A DNA stretch of 20,000 bases from IMG/VR virus record IMGVR_UViG_3300033571_016245; one strand, 5' to 3'. Source of the stretch: an uncultured virus (IMG/VR IMGVR_UViG_3300033571_016245) (Duplodnaviria > Heunggongvirae > Uroviricota > Caudoviricetes). This document shows, in pieces, positions 7,533 to 14,427 of the stretch. Positions within the stretch are counted from its first letter, which is position 1, and the number at the start of each line of letters is the position of its first letter. The position numbers were made by a program, and so were the translations under genes. The notes below the pieces were generated by a model. The model was given only the letters and a program-made list of their open reading frames with translations, was not told the origin of the DNA and made no database searches.

Positions 7533-7871
7533 TCACACGGGATGCCAAAACAAAGGTTCTTCGATACCTTCTGAGATCCACTTTAAACAGAATAACAGAC
7601 GATCTTCGTCTTTGTCAAAATAAAATGTGGCGCCTGATCTATAGTGTTGATTACAAACTTCGTTAATGTGATCTATTATAGATCTATTATCAACATTTTT
7701 AACTACAGGATCAACTGGTGGATCCCAATCAAATTGCCAACAATCCAAACCTACATTTTCATGTAACCATTCTATTACTTCTGTAGTTGGAAATTTACCT
7801 TTTTTACCATTTTGGTATTCAGTTACTTTGTTATCATAACCAACATAAACAGAGTAGGGTTTAAACTGCAT
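7533..7871 (-). CDS. Hypothetical protein, LRW family (outlier, LKW with C-terminal extension)
   Basis: VIEWLHENVG...FYFDKDEDRLLFCLKW. Start moved to ATG 7871, downstream of tRNA-Leu and preceded by AATAAATA. Confidence 0.72.
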   Translation of the reverse strand: MQFKPYSVYVGYDNKVTEYQNGKKGKFPTTEVIEWLHENVGLDCWQFDWDPPVDPVVKNVDNRSIIDHINEVCNQHYRSGATFYFDKDEDRLLFCLKWISEGIEEPLFWHPV

Positions 7872-7884
7872 ATGTCTATTTATT

Positions 7885-7967
7885 TGGTGGGCACGGTCGG
7901 GCTCGAACCGACAAGCCGAAGCGAGAGATTTTAAGTCTCTTGAGTTTACCAATTTCTCCACGTGCCC
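7885..7967 (-). tRNA. trnL: tRNA-Leu(TAA)
   Basis: Acceptor GGGCACG/CGTGCCC, anticodon arm AGAGA-CTTAAAA-TCTCT, long variable arm with TTCG, T arm GTCGG-TTCGAGC-CCGAC, encoded ACCA end. Confidence 0.95.
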
Positions 7968-7975
7968 ATACTCTT

Positions 7976-8003
7976 ATAATACATTCTTCTAATTATTTGT
8001 CAA
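7976..8003 (-). promoter_or_regulatory. Sigma70-type promoter for tRNA-Leu and downstream genes
   Basis: TTGACA-N16-TATTAT, ending 8 nt before the tRNA. Confidence 0.7.
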
Positions 8004-8417
8004 TTGTTTTAATTTCTCACCAATTTTTTTATATTCTATTAAATTCGGTGGATGAATTCCGTCTGGGCCAATATGATCATGAATTGACAATACTTTATCA
8101 TGGAATTCATTAGCAAGTTCTCTTATTATAGTAACTTGAACAGGTTTTAATGTACGATTAGGCAAAATCCAAACTACTAATGGTGCTGTTATCTTTTGAC
8201 GAACATTAAACAACATCTCAGATGTCATTCCCCGCATGTCATTAGTACCTAAACTGATGACAACAACTTTATAAGGATCTCGAAAATAAGGATTATATGC
8301 ATAACCCTTATACCATGCTTCGCTCGTGATACCAGAACGGGCAAGCGTGACACATTCTGGCCTTGCTTGCCCAATCCCTACTGCAATGCTATCTCCTAAG
8401 ATCAAGCATTCTAGCAT
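7989..8417 (-). CDS. SGNH/GDSL-type hydrolase (esterase)
   Basis: LGDSI, G, LGTND and DGIHP catalytic blocks. Confidence 0.88.
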   Translation of the reverse strand: MLECLILGDSIAVGIGQARPECVTLARSGITSEAWYKGYAYNPYFRDPYKVVVISLGTNDMRGMTSEMLFNVRQKITAPLVVWILPNRTLKPVQVTIIRELANEFHDKVLSIHDHIGPDGIHPPNLIEYKKIGEKLKQLTNN

Positions 8418-8418
8418 A

Positions 8419-8952
8419 TTAACCCTTTAGATACTTTAATAGATTTTCAGGACTGCTTTCGCCATATGGATCGGTTTCGCAATTGTTTGAATATCCAGGT
8501 TCTTCAAACCAAGCTTCAATTTCGCCATCATTGATAATAGCAGCATATCTCCAGGATCTCATTCCAAATCCTACATTAAATTTGCCTACAAGCATTCCTA
8601 GTTCTTTAGTAAAATGGCCATTGCCGTCTGGAATTACCTTAACTTTAGTAATATTTTGACTGTTGGCCCAAGCATTCATAACAAACGAATCATTCACTGA
8701 CATGCAATAGATTTCAGCAATGCCCAAAGATTTGAATTCTTCAAATTTTTCTTCAAAACCTGGTAACTGATATGTTGAGCAAGTTGGTGTAAATGCTCCG
8801 GGTAGAGAAAACAAAATAACTCGTTTTCCCTTAAAATAATCGTCAGTATACATGTTCTGCCAGCGATAAGGATTTGGTCCTTCGATCGAATCATCACGAA
8901 CACGAGTTTTAAAAACAACTTGTGGTACTTTAGTTCCTGTCATATTAGCCAT
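8419..8952 (-). CDS. Peroxiredoxin (Prx5/redoxin family)
   Basis: LPGAFTPTCS active site, SVNDSFVMNAW, IPDGNG and RSWRY. Confidence 0.95.
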   Translation of the reverse strand: MANMTGTKVPQVVFKTRVRDDSIEGPNPYRWQNMYTDDYFKGKRVILFSLPGAFTPTCSTYQLPGFEEKFEEFKSLGIAEIYCMSVNDSFVMNAWANSQNITKVKVIPDGNGHFTKELGMLVGKFNVGFGMRSWRYAAIINDGEIEAWFEEPGYSNNCETDPYGESSPENLLKYLKG

Positions 8953-8964
8953 TTTTGTTTTCCT

Positions 8965-9669
8965 TTATTCCTTTCTTTCGCCCAATAGATTGAGCAGGCT
9001 GGTGAAAATATTGATGAAGTTCAAATATAAACTAAATGCTCCAACCACTCCACTCTTTTCCATTTCTTCATCGTATTGAGTGTCATAAATTGTTTTTAAA
9101 TTTTGAACATCAAAAGCTGTTAGCCCAGTAAACACCAGAACTGCAATACAACTAATAACCATACTCATCATTGCACTCTGTAAAAATAGATTTACAACAC
9201 CCGCAATAACCAACCCAATAGCACCCATCATTAAAAATGAACCCATTGAACTTAGATCACGTTTAGTTGTATATCCCCAAATACTTACAGATCCAAATGT
9301 TGCCGCAGTAATAAAGAATACTTGCGCAATACTGCCCAACTTAAAAACTAAGAATATTGAACTTAAACTCAAACCCATAACTGCACTGAATGCATATAGC
9401 ATAAGCCTAGCAGTTGAACTTGACATTGATCCAACAGTAAATCCAAACACCAAGCTGAAAGCCAGCGGTGCAAAGATTGCTACCCATTTAAATGCTGTGC
9501 CCCAAATTAGTGCAGTAAGTGCCGGGCTCATACTAATGCCTAGACTAACTAATCCACTAATTGCTAAAGCAATAGACATATTATTAAAAACACCCAACAT
9601 GAACTTACGCAGGCCTTCGTCGTACTCGACACTAGCAACTCTTGCTGTTGACGTAGAATATAAATCCAT
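8965..9669 (-). CDS. Bax inhibitor-1/YccA family membrane protein
   Basis: About 7 hydrophobic segments, GYTTKRDLS, LTAFDVQNLK and C-terminal LYLNFINIF. Confidence 0.92.
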   Translation of the reverse strand: MDLYSTSTARVASVEYDEGLRKFMLGVFNNMSIALAISGLVSLGISMSPALTALIWGTAFKWVAIFAPLAFSLVFGFTVGSMSSSTARLMLYAFSAVMGLSLSSIFLVFKLGSIAQVFFITAATFGSVSIWGYTTKRDLSSMGSFLMMGAIGLVIAGVVNLFLQSAMMSMVISCIAVLVFTGLTAFDVQNLKTIYDTQYDEEMEKSGVVGAFSLYLNFINIFTSLLNLLGERKE

Positions 9670-9688
9670 TACAAAACTCCTTTAATGT

Positions 9689-11143
9689 TTAGTATATAGG
9701 TATATTATGTGTTTGTCTAAATCTTTCTGCATCTAACCAGTTATTTACTAATGGTTCTCTTTTAATATTTAAACTAGTATTCATTAATACTGGACAATTA
9801 GTGACTCTATTCCATTCTTCAAGGATAGTTCTAAAATGACTGCCGTTGCTGTCATGTACAGTTTGAACTCTGCTTGTATTATCTATATGACAAATTCCAG
9901 GCAATTCATTTGGAACACGACAAGTGGCTACAAATTGCATATATGGACTTGAGTCAACTGGCATATCAAAATATGATTTGACATGTTCAGCTAATATAGC
10001 CGGCGCAAAAGGCCTAAACTGTTCTCTTTTCTTTATAGTGTTCATCCTAATTTTAGCATCATTGCCTCTGGGATCGCACAACAGACTACGATTACCCAAA
10101 GCTCGAGGTCCAAATTCAGCTCTGCCATTAGCTACTGCAACTACTTTACCATTTAATAAATCTTTTATTATTGATTCAATATCTAACGATCGATTGATAT
10201 CTGTACCAAGATAGGGTGTTTCCCATTTCAATTTAGTTTGTGTTAATGCAGCTATTGATCCAATAGCCGATCCTGCATCCCCAGGATTGGGCATGATCCA
10301 AATGTTTTTATACAGATTCTTAGCTGCTACTTTTGTATTTGCAACACAATTTAAAGCAACGCCGCCCATGATAATTAAATTATCGCTTGGTATTTTTTGC
10401 TTCATCCACTTAACAGTGAATTTCATATATTCTTCGACAATAGCTTGGGCACTGGCTGCTATGTCAAATTTATTGTAATTTTCTGTTTTGGCCCAATCTA
10501 AACACCCACGATGCAAATTGTTTTTTAGTTTAAAATATGGTGGATCCCATTCACTAAAAAAAGTTTCTAATAATAAGTCTTTGTATCTAACAGTACCATA
10601 TGCACTCATGCCCATTAGAATATATTCTTCTTCATTGGGTTTAAGACCGGCCCATTGTGTGATAGCACTGTAAAATAACCCTATACTGTGAGGATAATAT
10701 TTTCGCCATATGCATTTTAATTGATTATTTTTTGCTTGCCAGATACTTACAGTGTCCCATTCCCCTATAGCATCTACGACCAGTATTGCAGCATCTTCAA
10801 ATTCACTTGTATAAAAACCTGCTGCGGCGTGACTTTCGTGATGTCCTACATAATCAATTGGTAAATGTCCAAGCCCTATTGCTTCTAATTGTTCTTTAGG
10901 ATTTTGCCAGAATGGTTTTTGTCCGGCGTATAACTTTCTAATTGATTTAGTATAAGGATTTTCAAACCATACAGCTCGTTTGGGTATTCCGTATTTTAAT
11001 AAATCTTCAACCATAATAGGGTGAAGTGTGGTGTCATTTTTAACTCGGCTATATCTTTCAGAGTGAGCTGCCCAGACAATTTTGTTATTGTCTACTAAAG
11101 CTAGACTAGCATCATGATTGTTTGCGTTTATACCTAATAGCAT
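9689..11143 (-). CDS. Carbamoyltransferase (CmcH/NodU family)
   Basis: NHDAS, SERYSRVKND, HHESHAA, DAIGE, GGVALNC, PGDAG, EFGPRALGNRS, REQFRPFAP, NTSLN. Confidence 0.95.
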   Translation of the reverse strand: MLLGINANNHDASLALVDNNKIVWAAHSERYSRVKNDTTLHPIMVEDLLKYGIPKRAVWFENPYTKSIRKLYAGQKPFWQNPKEQLEAIGLGHLPIDYVGHHESHAAAGFYTSEFEDAAILVVDAIGEWDTVSIWQAKNNQLKCIWRKYYPHSIGLFYSAITQWAGLKPNEEEYILMGMSAYGTVRYKDLLLETFFSEWDPPYFKLKNNLHRGCLDWAKTENYNKFDIAASAQAIVEEYMKFTVKWMKQKIPSDNLIIMGGVALNCVANTKVAAKNLYKNIWIMPNPGDAGSAIGSIAALTQTKLKWETPYLGTDINRSLDIESIIKDLLNGKVVAVANGRAEFGPRALGNRSLLCDPRGNDAKIRMNTIKKREQFRPFAPAILAEHVKSYFDMPVDSSPYMQFVATCRVPNELPGICHIDNTSRVQTVHDSNGSHFRTILEEWNRVTNCPVLMNTSLNIKREPLVNNWLDAERFRQTHNIPIY

Positions 11144-11250
11144 TAATAGATAAAAGGATCTTTTTCTCGTAACTCTTTTAATCTCTTTTTAACTTGTCTT
11201 TTATATAAGAAGTTTCTATAAAGATTTTTAAAAAAATTAATAATAAACAT
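11143..11250 (-). CDS. 35-aa basic peptide coupled to the carbamoyltransferase (not in ORF track)
   Basis: MFIINFFKNLYRNFLYKRQVKKRLKELREKDPFIY*; TAATG overlap with the carbamoyltransferase start. Confidence 0.7.
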   Translation of the reverse strand: MFIINFFKNLYRNFLYKRQVKKRLKELREKDPFIY

Positions 11251-11260
11251 GTTCTATACC

Positions 11261-11509
11261 CTACAGTAACTTAGCAGAAATTAAATTTTCAATTCTAAAG
11301 CTTCGCCACTGCTGAATATCAGTAACAAATACTCTTAGAGTATCTGTATTTAATTTGCGTGGTACTTTACGATCTTCAACTATGTCAATCTTTGGCAAAA
11401 GTTCAGCTGCTAAGGTACACGGCATAGTTCGTTCAGTACCATCTACTTTTGTGAATGTAATTTCACATGCGCCTTTTTCTAATAGAAAAATAATTTCTTG
11501 TCTTGTCAA
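11261..11509 (-). CDS. WYL_2/SH3-like beta-barrel phage protein (DUF2693-like)
   Basis: ITFTKVDGTERTMPCTL...WRSFRIEN; probable TTG start behind GGAG, overlapping the upstream TGA. Confidence 0.75.
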   Translation of the reverse strand: MTRQEIIFLLEKGACEITFTKVDGTERTMPCTLAAELLPKIDIVEDRKVPRKLNTDTLRVFVTDIQQWRSFRIENLISAKLL

Positions 11510-12207
11510 AACTTTCTCCAATGCTGCCAATTAAACTTACCAGATTCAAAATTAATTATGTCTGGTTTCATAATCATGTTAATATCACCTGCTATTCCCA
11601 CTCGCTTGCCTGGAAAATTATTTTTAGGATTATCAGGATGTGATTCTGTACCATGAAATAATTTGCATGGAAACAAAATTAATTGCCCAACTTTTGGTTC
11701 TATGCGATATGTTTTACAGTTTAGTTCAGTAATTTCTCTAATCATGTTTCGTTCAGGATAAGGTCTAGTGTCAAACAATCCATCAAACATGCAATTAGCT
11801 AAATTTCTATCTTGAAAACTTAACATATCACTCAATGGAGGCACTTGTGCATAATACACAAAACTAATATGTCCAGCACTGTGCATGTGATATTGTATGT
11901 GATGATCTGCTCGATTGATAATCACATACCAACTTTTAGTAATGAAGTAATCAAACAATTCATTTTTAACACTTAATAGATCCATATAATTTTTTGTATG
12001 TTCTGTTATTTGAGTAAACAGACTATTAAATGCTTCATCGCAGTGTACTAAACTTTTTCCCTCAGGCTCTCCAGTAATTAATTCATATGAATCAAAACCG
12101 TGCTTGTTCATATTGTCCAAAATAACTTTATTAATAGCATCAGTATCATCCAACTGTACACTATAGATTACAGTTGGAAACATAGCTATAAGTTCTGGTT
12201 TTGACAT
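11506..12207 (-). CDS. Putative 2OG-Fe(II) oxygenase (TIGR02466-like)
   Basis: N-terminal FPT, HMH...ISFVYY, GQLILFPCKLFHG and distal RVGIAGDI. Confidence 0.8.
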   Translation of the reverse strand: MSKPELIAMFPTVIYSVQLDDTDAINKVILDNMNKHGFDSYELITGEPEGKSLVHCDEAFNSLFTQITEHTKNYMDLLSVKNELFDYFITKSWYVIINRADHHIQYHMHSAGHISFVYYAQVPPLSDMLSFQDRNLANCMFDGLFDTRPYPERNMIREITELNCKTYRIEPKVGQLILFPCKLFHGTESHPDNPKNNFPGKRVGIAGDINMIMKPDIINFESGKFNWQHWRKF

Positions 12208-12209
12208 GT

Positions 12210-12386
12210 TTACTTTTTAGTAGCAGTTGCAGTATTAGTAGCAGTAGCAGGCTTTCTACCTCTACCCATAACAAAAGTTTGAATAGTTTCAGGGTCGCTA
12301 CGTAGCCCGGCGGTAAAAACTTTTACATTTCCACCCGACGCTAGAAACTCTGCTACATAGTCTCGTGTATCTACTTCTTTTGTCAT
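12210..12386 (-). CDS. 58-aa SutA-like putative RNA polymerase-binding protein (not in ORF track)
   Basis: MTKEVDTRDYVAEFLASGGNVKVFTAGLRSDPETIQTFVMGRGRKPATATNTATATKK*; GGAG SD; EFLxxGGxV motif. Confidence 0.65.
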   Translation of the reverse strand: MTKEVDTRDYVAEFLASGGNVKVFTAGLRSDPETIQTFVMGRGRKPATATNTATATKK

Positions 12387-12407
12387 TTAACTCTCCATTG
12401 TTGTATG

Positions 12408-12482
12408 TGGTAGTCGCGGTGTGACTCGAACACACACTAAGACCGTTATGAGCGGCCGGCTTCACCTTTAAGCTACGCGACT
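12408..12482 (-). tRNA. tRNA with CAT anticodon (Ile2 or elongator Met)
   Basis: Acceptor AGTCGCG/CGCGACT, anticodon arm GGCCG-CTCATAA-CGGTC, T arm GTGTG-TTCGAGT-CACAC, ACCA end. The paired 1-72 position and lack of the GGG/CCC anticodon stem argue against initiator tRNA. Confidence 0.9.
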
Positions 12483-12488
12483 ATTATA

Positions 12489-12580
12489 TGGTAGGGACGC
12501 TTGGGATCGAACCAAGTCAAGAACACCCATCTAGTGCTAAAGGGTTTATAAAACCCTCCCGTGTACCAACACCCGCCCCC
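12489..12580 (-). tRNA. Atypical 92-nt tRNA with TAT anticodon (nominally Ile), short D-loop and long variable arm
   Basis: Acceptor GGGGGCG/CGTCCCT, D arm GTGT-TGGT-ACAC, anticodon arm AGGGT-TTTATAA-ACCCT, variable hairpin AGCACT/GGTGTT, T arm CTTGG-TTCGATC-CCAAG, ACCA end. Confidence 0.8.
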
Positions 12581-12586
12581 GTGATA

Positions 12587-12796
12587 TTATTTAATGACCT
12601 CAAAATTCACGCGATATATCTGGTAAAGGTCCCCATCATCTATCTTTTGACGTCTCACATATTGCAACAATCCTTCTGCGTCTTTATCAGTACCATATTG
12701 GATCTCAGAATTATGAAACACATATATGCAGAGGTTGTTGGGATCGCTATCCTCCCATGGTCTACCAATTACAAAACTAAAGCGTTTTTCGCTCAT
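12587..12796 (-). CDS. Hypothetical protein
   Basis: ORF with ATGA overlap to the upstream gene (MSEKRFSF...). Confidence 0.65.
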   Translation of the reverse strand: MSEKRFSFVIGRPWEDSDPNNLCIYVFHNSEIQYGTDKDAEGLLQYVRRQKIDDGDLYQIYRVNFEVIK

Positions 12797-13074
12797 GCTT
12801 TGATACCATATGACCAAGCGAGATCTTTGTACTGTTCATAAGGATACTTTTCGCGCACCTTAGCACTAAGGCCCCAAGTTTGCTTCAATGCAGCAGCACC
12901 AGACTTTGCAAACACAGTATCCTCAATAGGATCCAAATACTGTTTGATATAAGGTCGAGCAACAACTGTATATGCTGTCTTACCTTTTGCTCGTTTATTA
13001 TAATCCTTTAGCCAACCAACTGAACCATTAGTCCAAACAGATTCAAGCTGTTCTTTGCTGGGAGGATGTGACAT
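12793..13074 (-). CDS. Hypothetical protein
   Basis: 93-aa ORF, translationally coupled at both ends. Confidence 0.7.
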   Translation of the reverse strand: MSHPPSKEQLESVWTNGSVGWLKDYNKRAKGKTAYTVVARPYIKQYLDPIEDTVFAKSGAAALKQTWGLSAKVREKYPYEQYKDLAWSYGIKA

Positions 13075-13511
13075 TACTTCTTATCCTTATCTTTCAATTC
13101 TGAACGGGGCCATGGTTCTTTTTGAGCAGGCTCTTCTAATGTATGTACAAACTCAACTTTACTAACAGTCGGTGTAGTATTTGTATCTGGTGTTCTTACT
13201 GCATTTAAATCTCTAGGTTGCACCAAAGTATCACTTGCAATAGCTCCAATTCTATTATCAGGACGCAATGTTCTGTGATAATTGAAACTTTCAGCTAGCA
13301 TTTTATACTGATGCTCGCGTTCTGCACGAAACCAACTATAAATTAAAATTAGCAAACTAGCCCAAAGAACTGCAATTACTGTTGCCATAAAATCATCGCG
13401 TAAAATATTCTTTGTTAATAGAAATTGCCCAATAGAACTACTAACACCAATACTAATAAAAAACAGTGTACGTGCTAGATGTTTAATATACAATTCACTG
13501 AAAATGTTCAT
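13074..13511 (-). CDS. Hypothetical membrane protein (2 TM segments)
   Basis: AGGAG SD before ATG 13511 (MNIFSELY); two hydrophobic helices followed by a polar tail. Confidence 0.7.
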   Translation of the reverse strand: MNIFSELYIKHLARTLFFISIGVSSSIGQFLLTKNILRDDFMATVIAVLWASLLILIYSWFRAEREHQYKMLAESFNYHRTLRPDNRIGAIASDTLVQPRDLNAVRTPDTNTTPTVSKVEFVHTLEEPAQKEPWPRSELKDKDKK

Positions 13512-13674
13512 TTGTTGCTCCTGTAGTTTGGGCACGGCAATTGGCTTCCAAAAGTTCTCGTTCAAGTTCTGAAATTCGCTGCTCATAATCATACTTCATT
13601 TGTTCATATTGCGCACGAAGAATGTCTAGTGTAGACTCTGTCTCAGCAGCTTTTGAAAGCCAATAACTGTCCAT
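13495..13674 (-). CDS. Small coiled-coil hypothetical protein
   Basis: MDSYWLSK...LRAQYEQMKYDYEQRISELERELLE heptad pattern. Confidence 0.6.
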   Translation of the reverse strand: MDSYWLSKAAETESTLDILRAQYEQMKYDYEQRISELERELLEANCRAQTTGATNEHFQ

Positions 13675-13675
13675 G

Positions 13676-13891
13676 TTAGTCGTTCCGTTCCATATCAGTG
13701 GCTTCACGAACAAGTGTAATTAGATCTTCAACTGTGGGACACATAATCTTAGCAGTTACCCATTCATTATCTGAATCGCGACCGCCAATTTCAAACATAA
13801 AACCATTATCATACATATTAATAGAAAAACTTTCGTTTACAGTAACCATCTTGTCACTGATCTTTGTAACTGACTTCTTTGATTTAGCCAT
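13676..13891 (-). CDS. Conserved phage hypothetical protein
   Basis: AGGAG SD and own promoter; NMYDNGFMFEIGGRD...W pattern. Confidence 0.75.
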   Translation of the reverse strand: MAKSKKSVTKISDKMVTVNESFSINMYDNGFMFEIGGRDSDNEWVTAKIMCPTVEDLITLVREATDMERND

Positions 13892-13910
13892 GTCCATCTC
13901 CTATTGTTTT

Positions 13911-13939
13911 ATAATATACTACTATTTTGGCACTGTCAA
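13911..13939 (-). promoter_or_regulatory. Sigma70-type promoter
   Basis: TTGACA-N17-TATTAT in the intergenic gap. Confidence 0.75.
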
Positions 13940-13942
13940 CTA

Positions 13943-14137
13943 TTAATGAATAGTACCTGATACTAGCTCAGTGATTTTTAAATCCAATTCTTCTGGGATA
14001 GCATTCATATCAGACATTGAGGAAATAGCTTCTAGAACAATTTCTTTAAGCTCATCAGGATCCATCTCAGGACCTTCCATGATAATTTCGTGCTCTTCAC
14101 CGGTATTTGGATCGATAAATTCAACTTTAATTTTCAT
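13943..14137 (-). CDS. Small acidic hypothetical protein
   Basis: Very Glu/Asp-rich 64-aa ORF with an AAGGT SD. Confidence 0.7.
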   Translation of the reverse strand: MKIKVEFIDPNTGEEHEIIMEGPEMDPDELKEIVLEAISSMSDMNAIPEELDLKITELVSGTIH

Positions 14138-14148
14138 TTTCAAAACCT

Positions 14149-14427
14149 TTATTCATGTTTCATATTTGCCCAAATTACCGAAGGCAAAAATTCACAGTGT
14201 AAATCTTCATTGTCTTCTTCGCCCCAAGCAATTACAACATCATTATCCATATTGGGTCCAAGAAAAATATGATGAAAAATTAATTCGCTTACCCGATCTA
14301 AACCCCATAGACTGCGTTCACAATCTTCAATTATTGCTTGTTCATAGTTGGGAATGTTTGGCACATCACTGTGCCAAACTATTTTTACTTCGTGCCAGTT
14401 TATCACTGGCTCTTGTTCGTCTATCAT
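14149..14427 (-). CDS. Acidic hypothetical protein
   Basis: 92-aa ORF with ATGA overlap to the RNA ligase stop. Confidence 0.65.
   Translation of the reverse strand: MIDEQEPVINWHEVKIVWHSDVPNIPNYEQAIIEDCERSLWGLDRVSELIFHHIFLGPNMDNDVVIAWGEEDNEDLHCEFLPSVIWANMKHE

Noticed and set aside
7872..7961. N-terminal extension of ORF 7533..7961
   Set aside because: It runs through the tRNA-Leu gene; the ATG at 7871 is the plausible start.
12218..12250. GCAGTA-type microsatellite
   Set aside because: It simply encodes the low-complexity ATATNTATAT tail of the 58-aa ORF.
12488..12841. 117-aa plus-strand ORF
   Set aside because: Antisense to the UAU tRNA and a minus-strand gene; no motif recognised.
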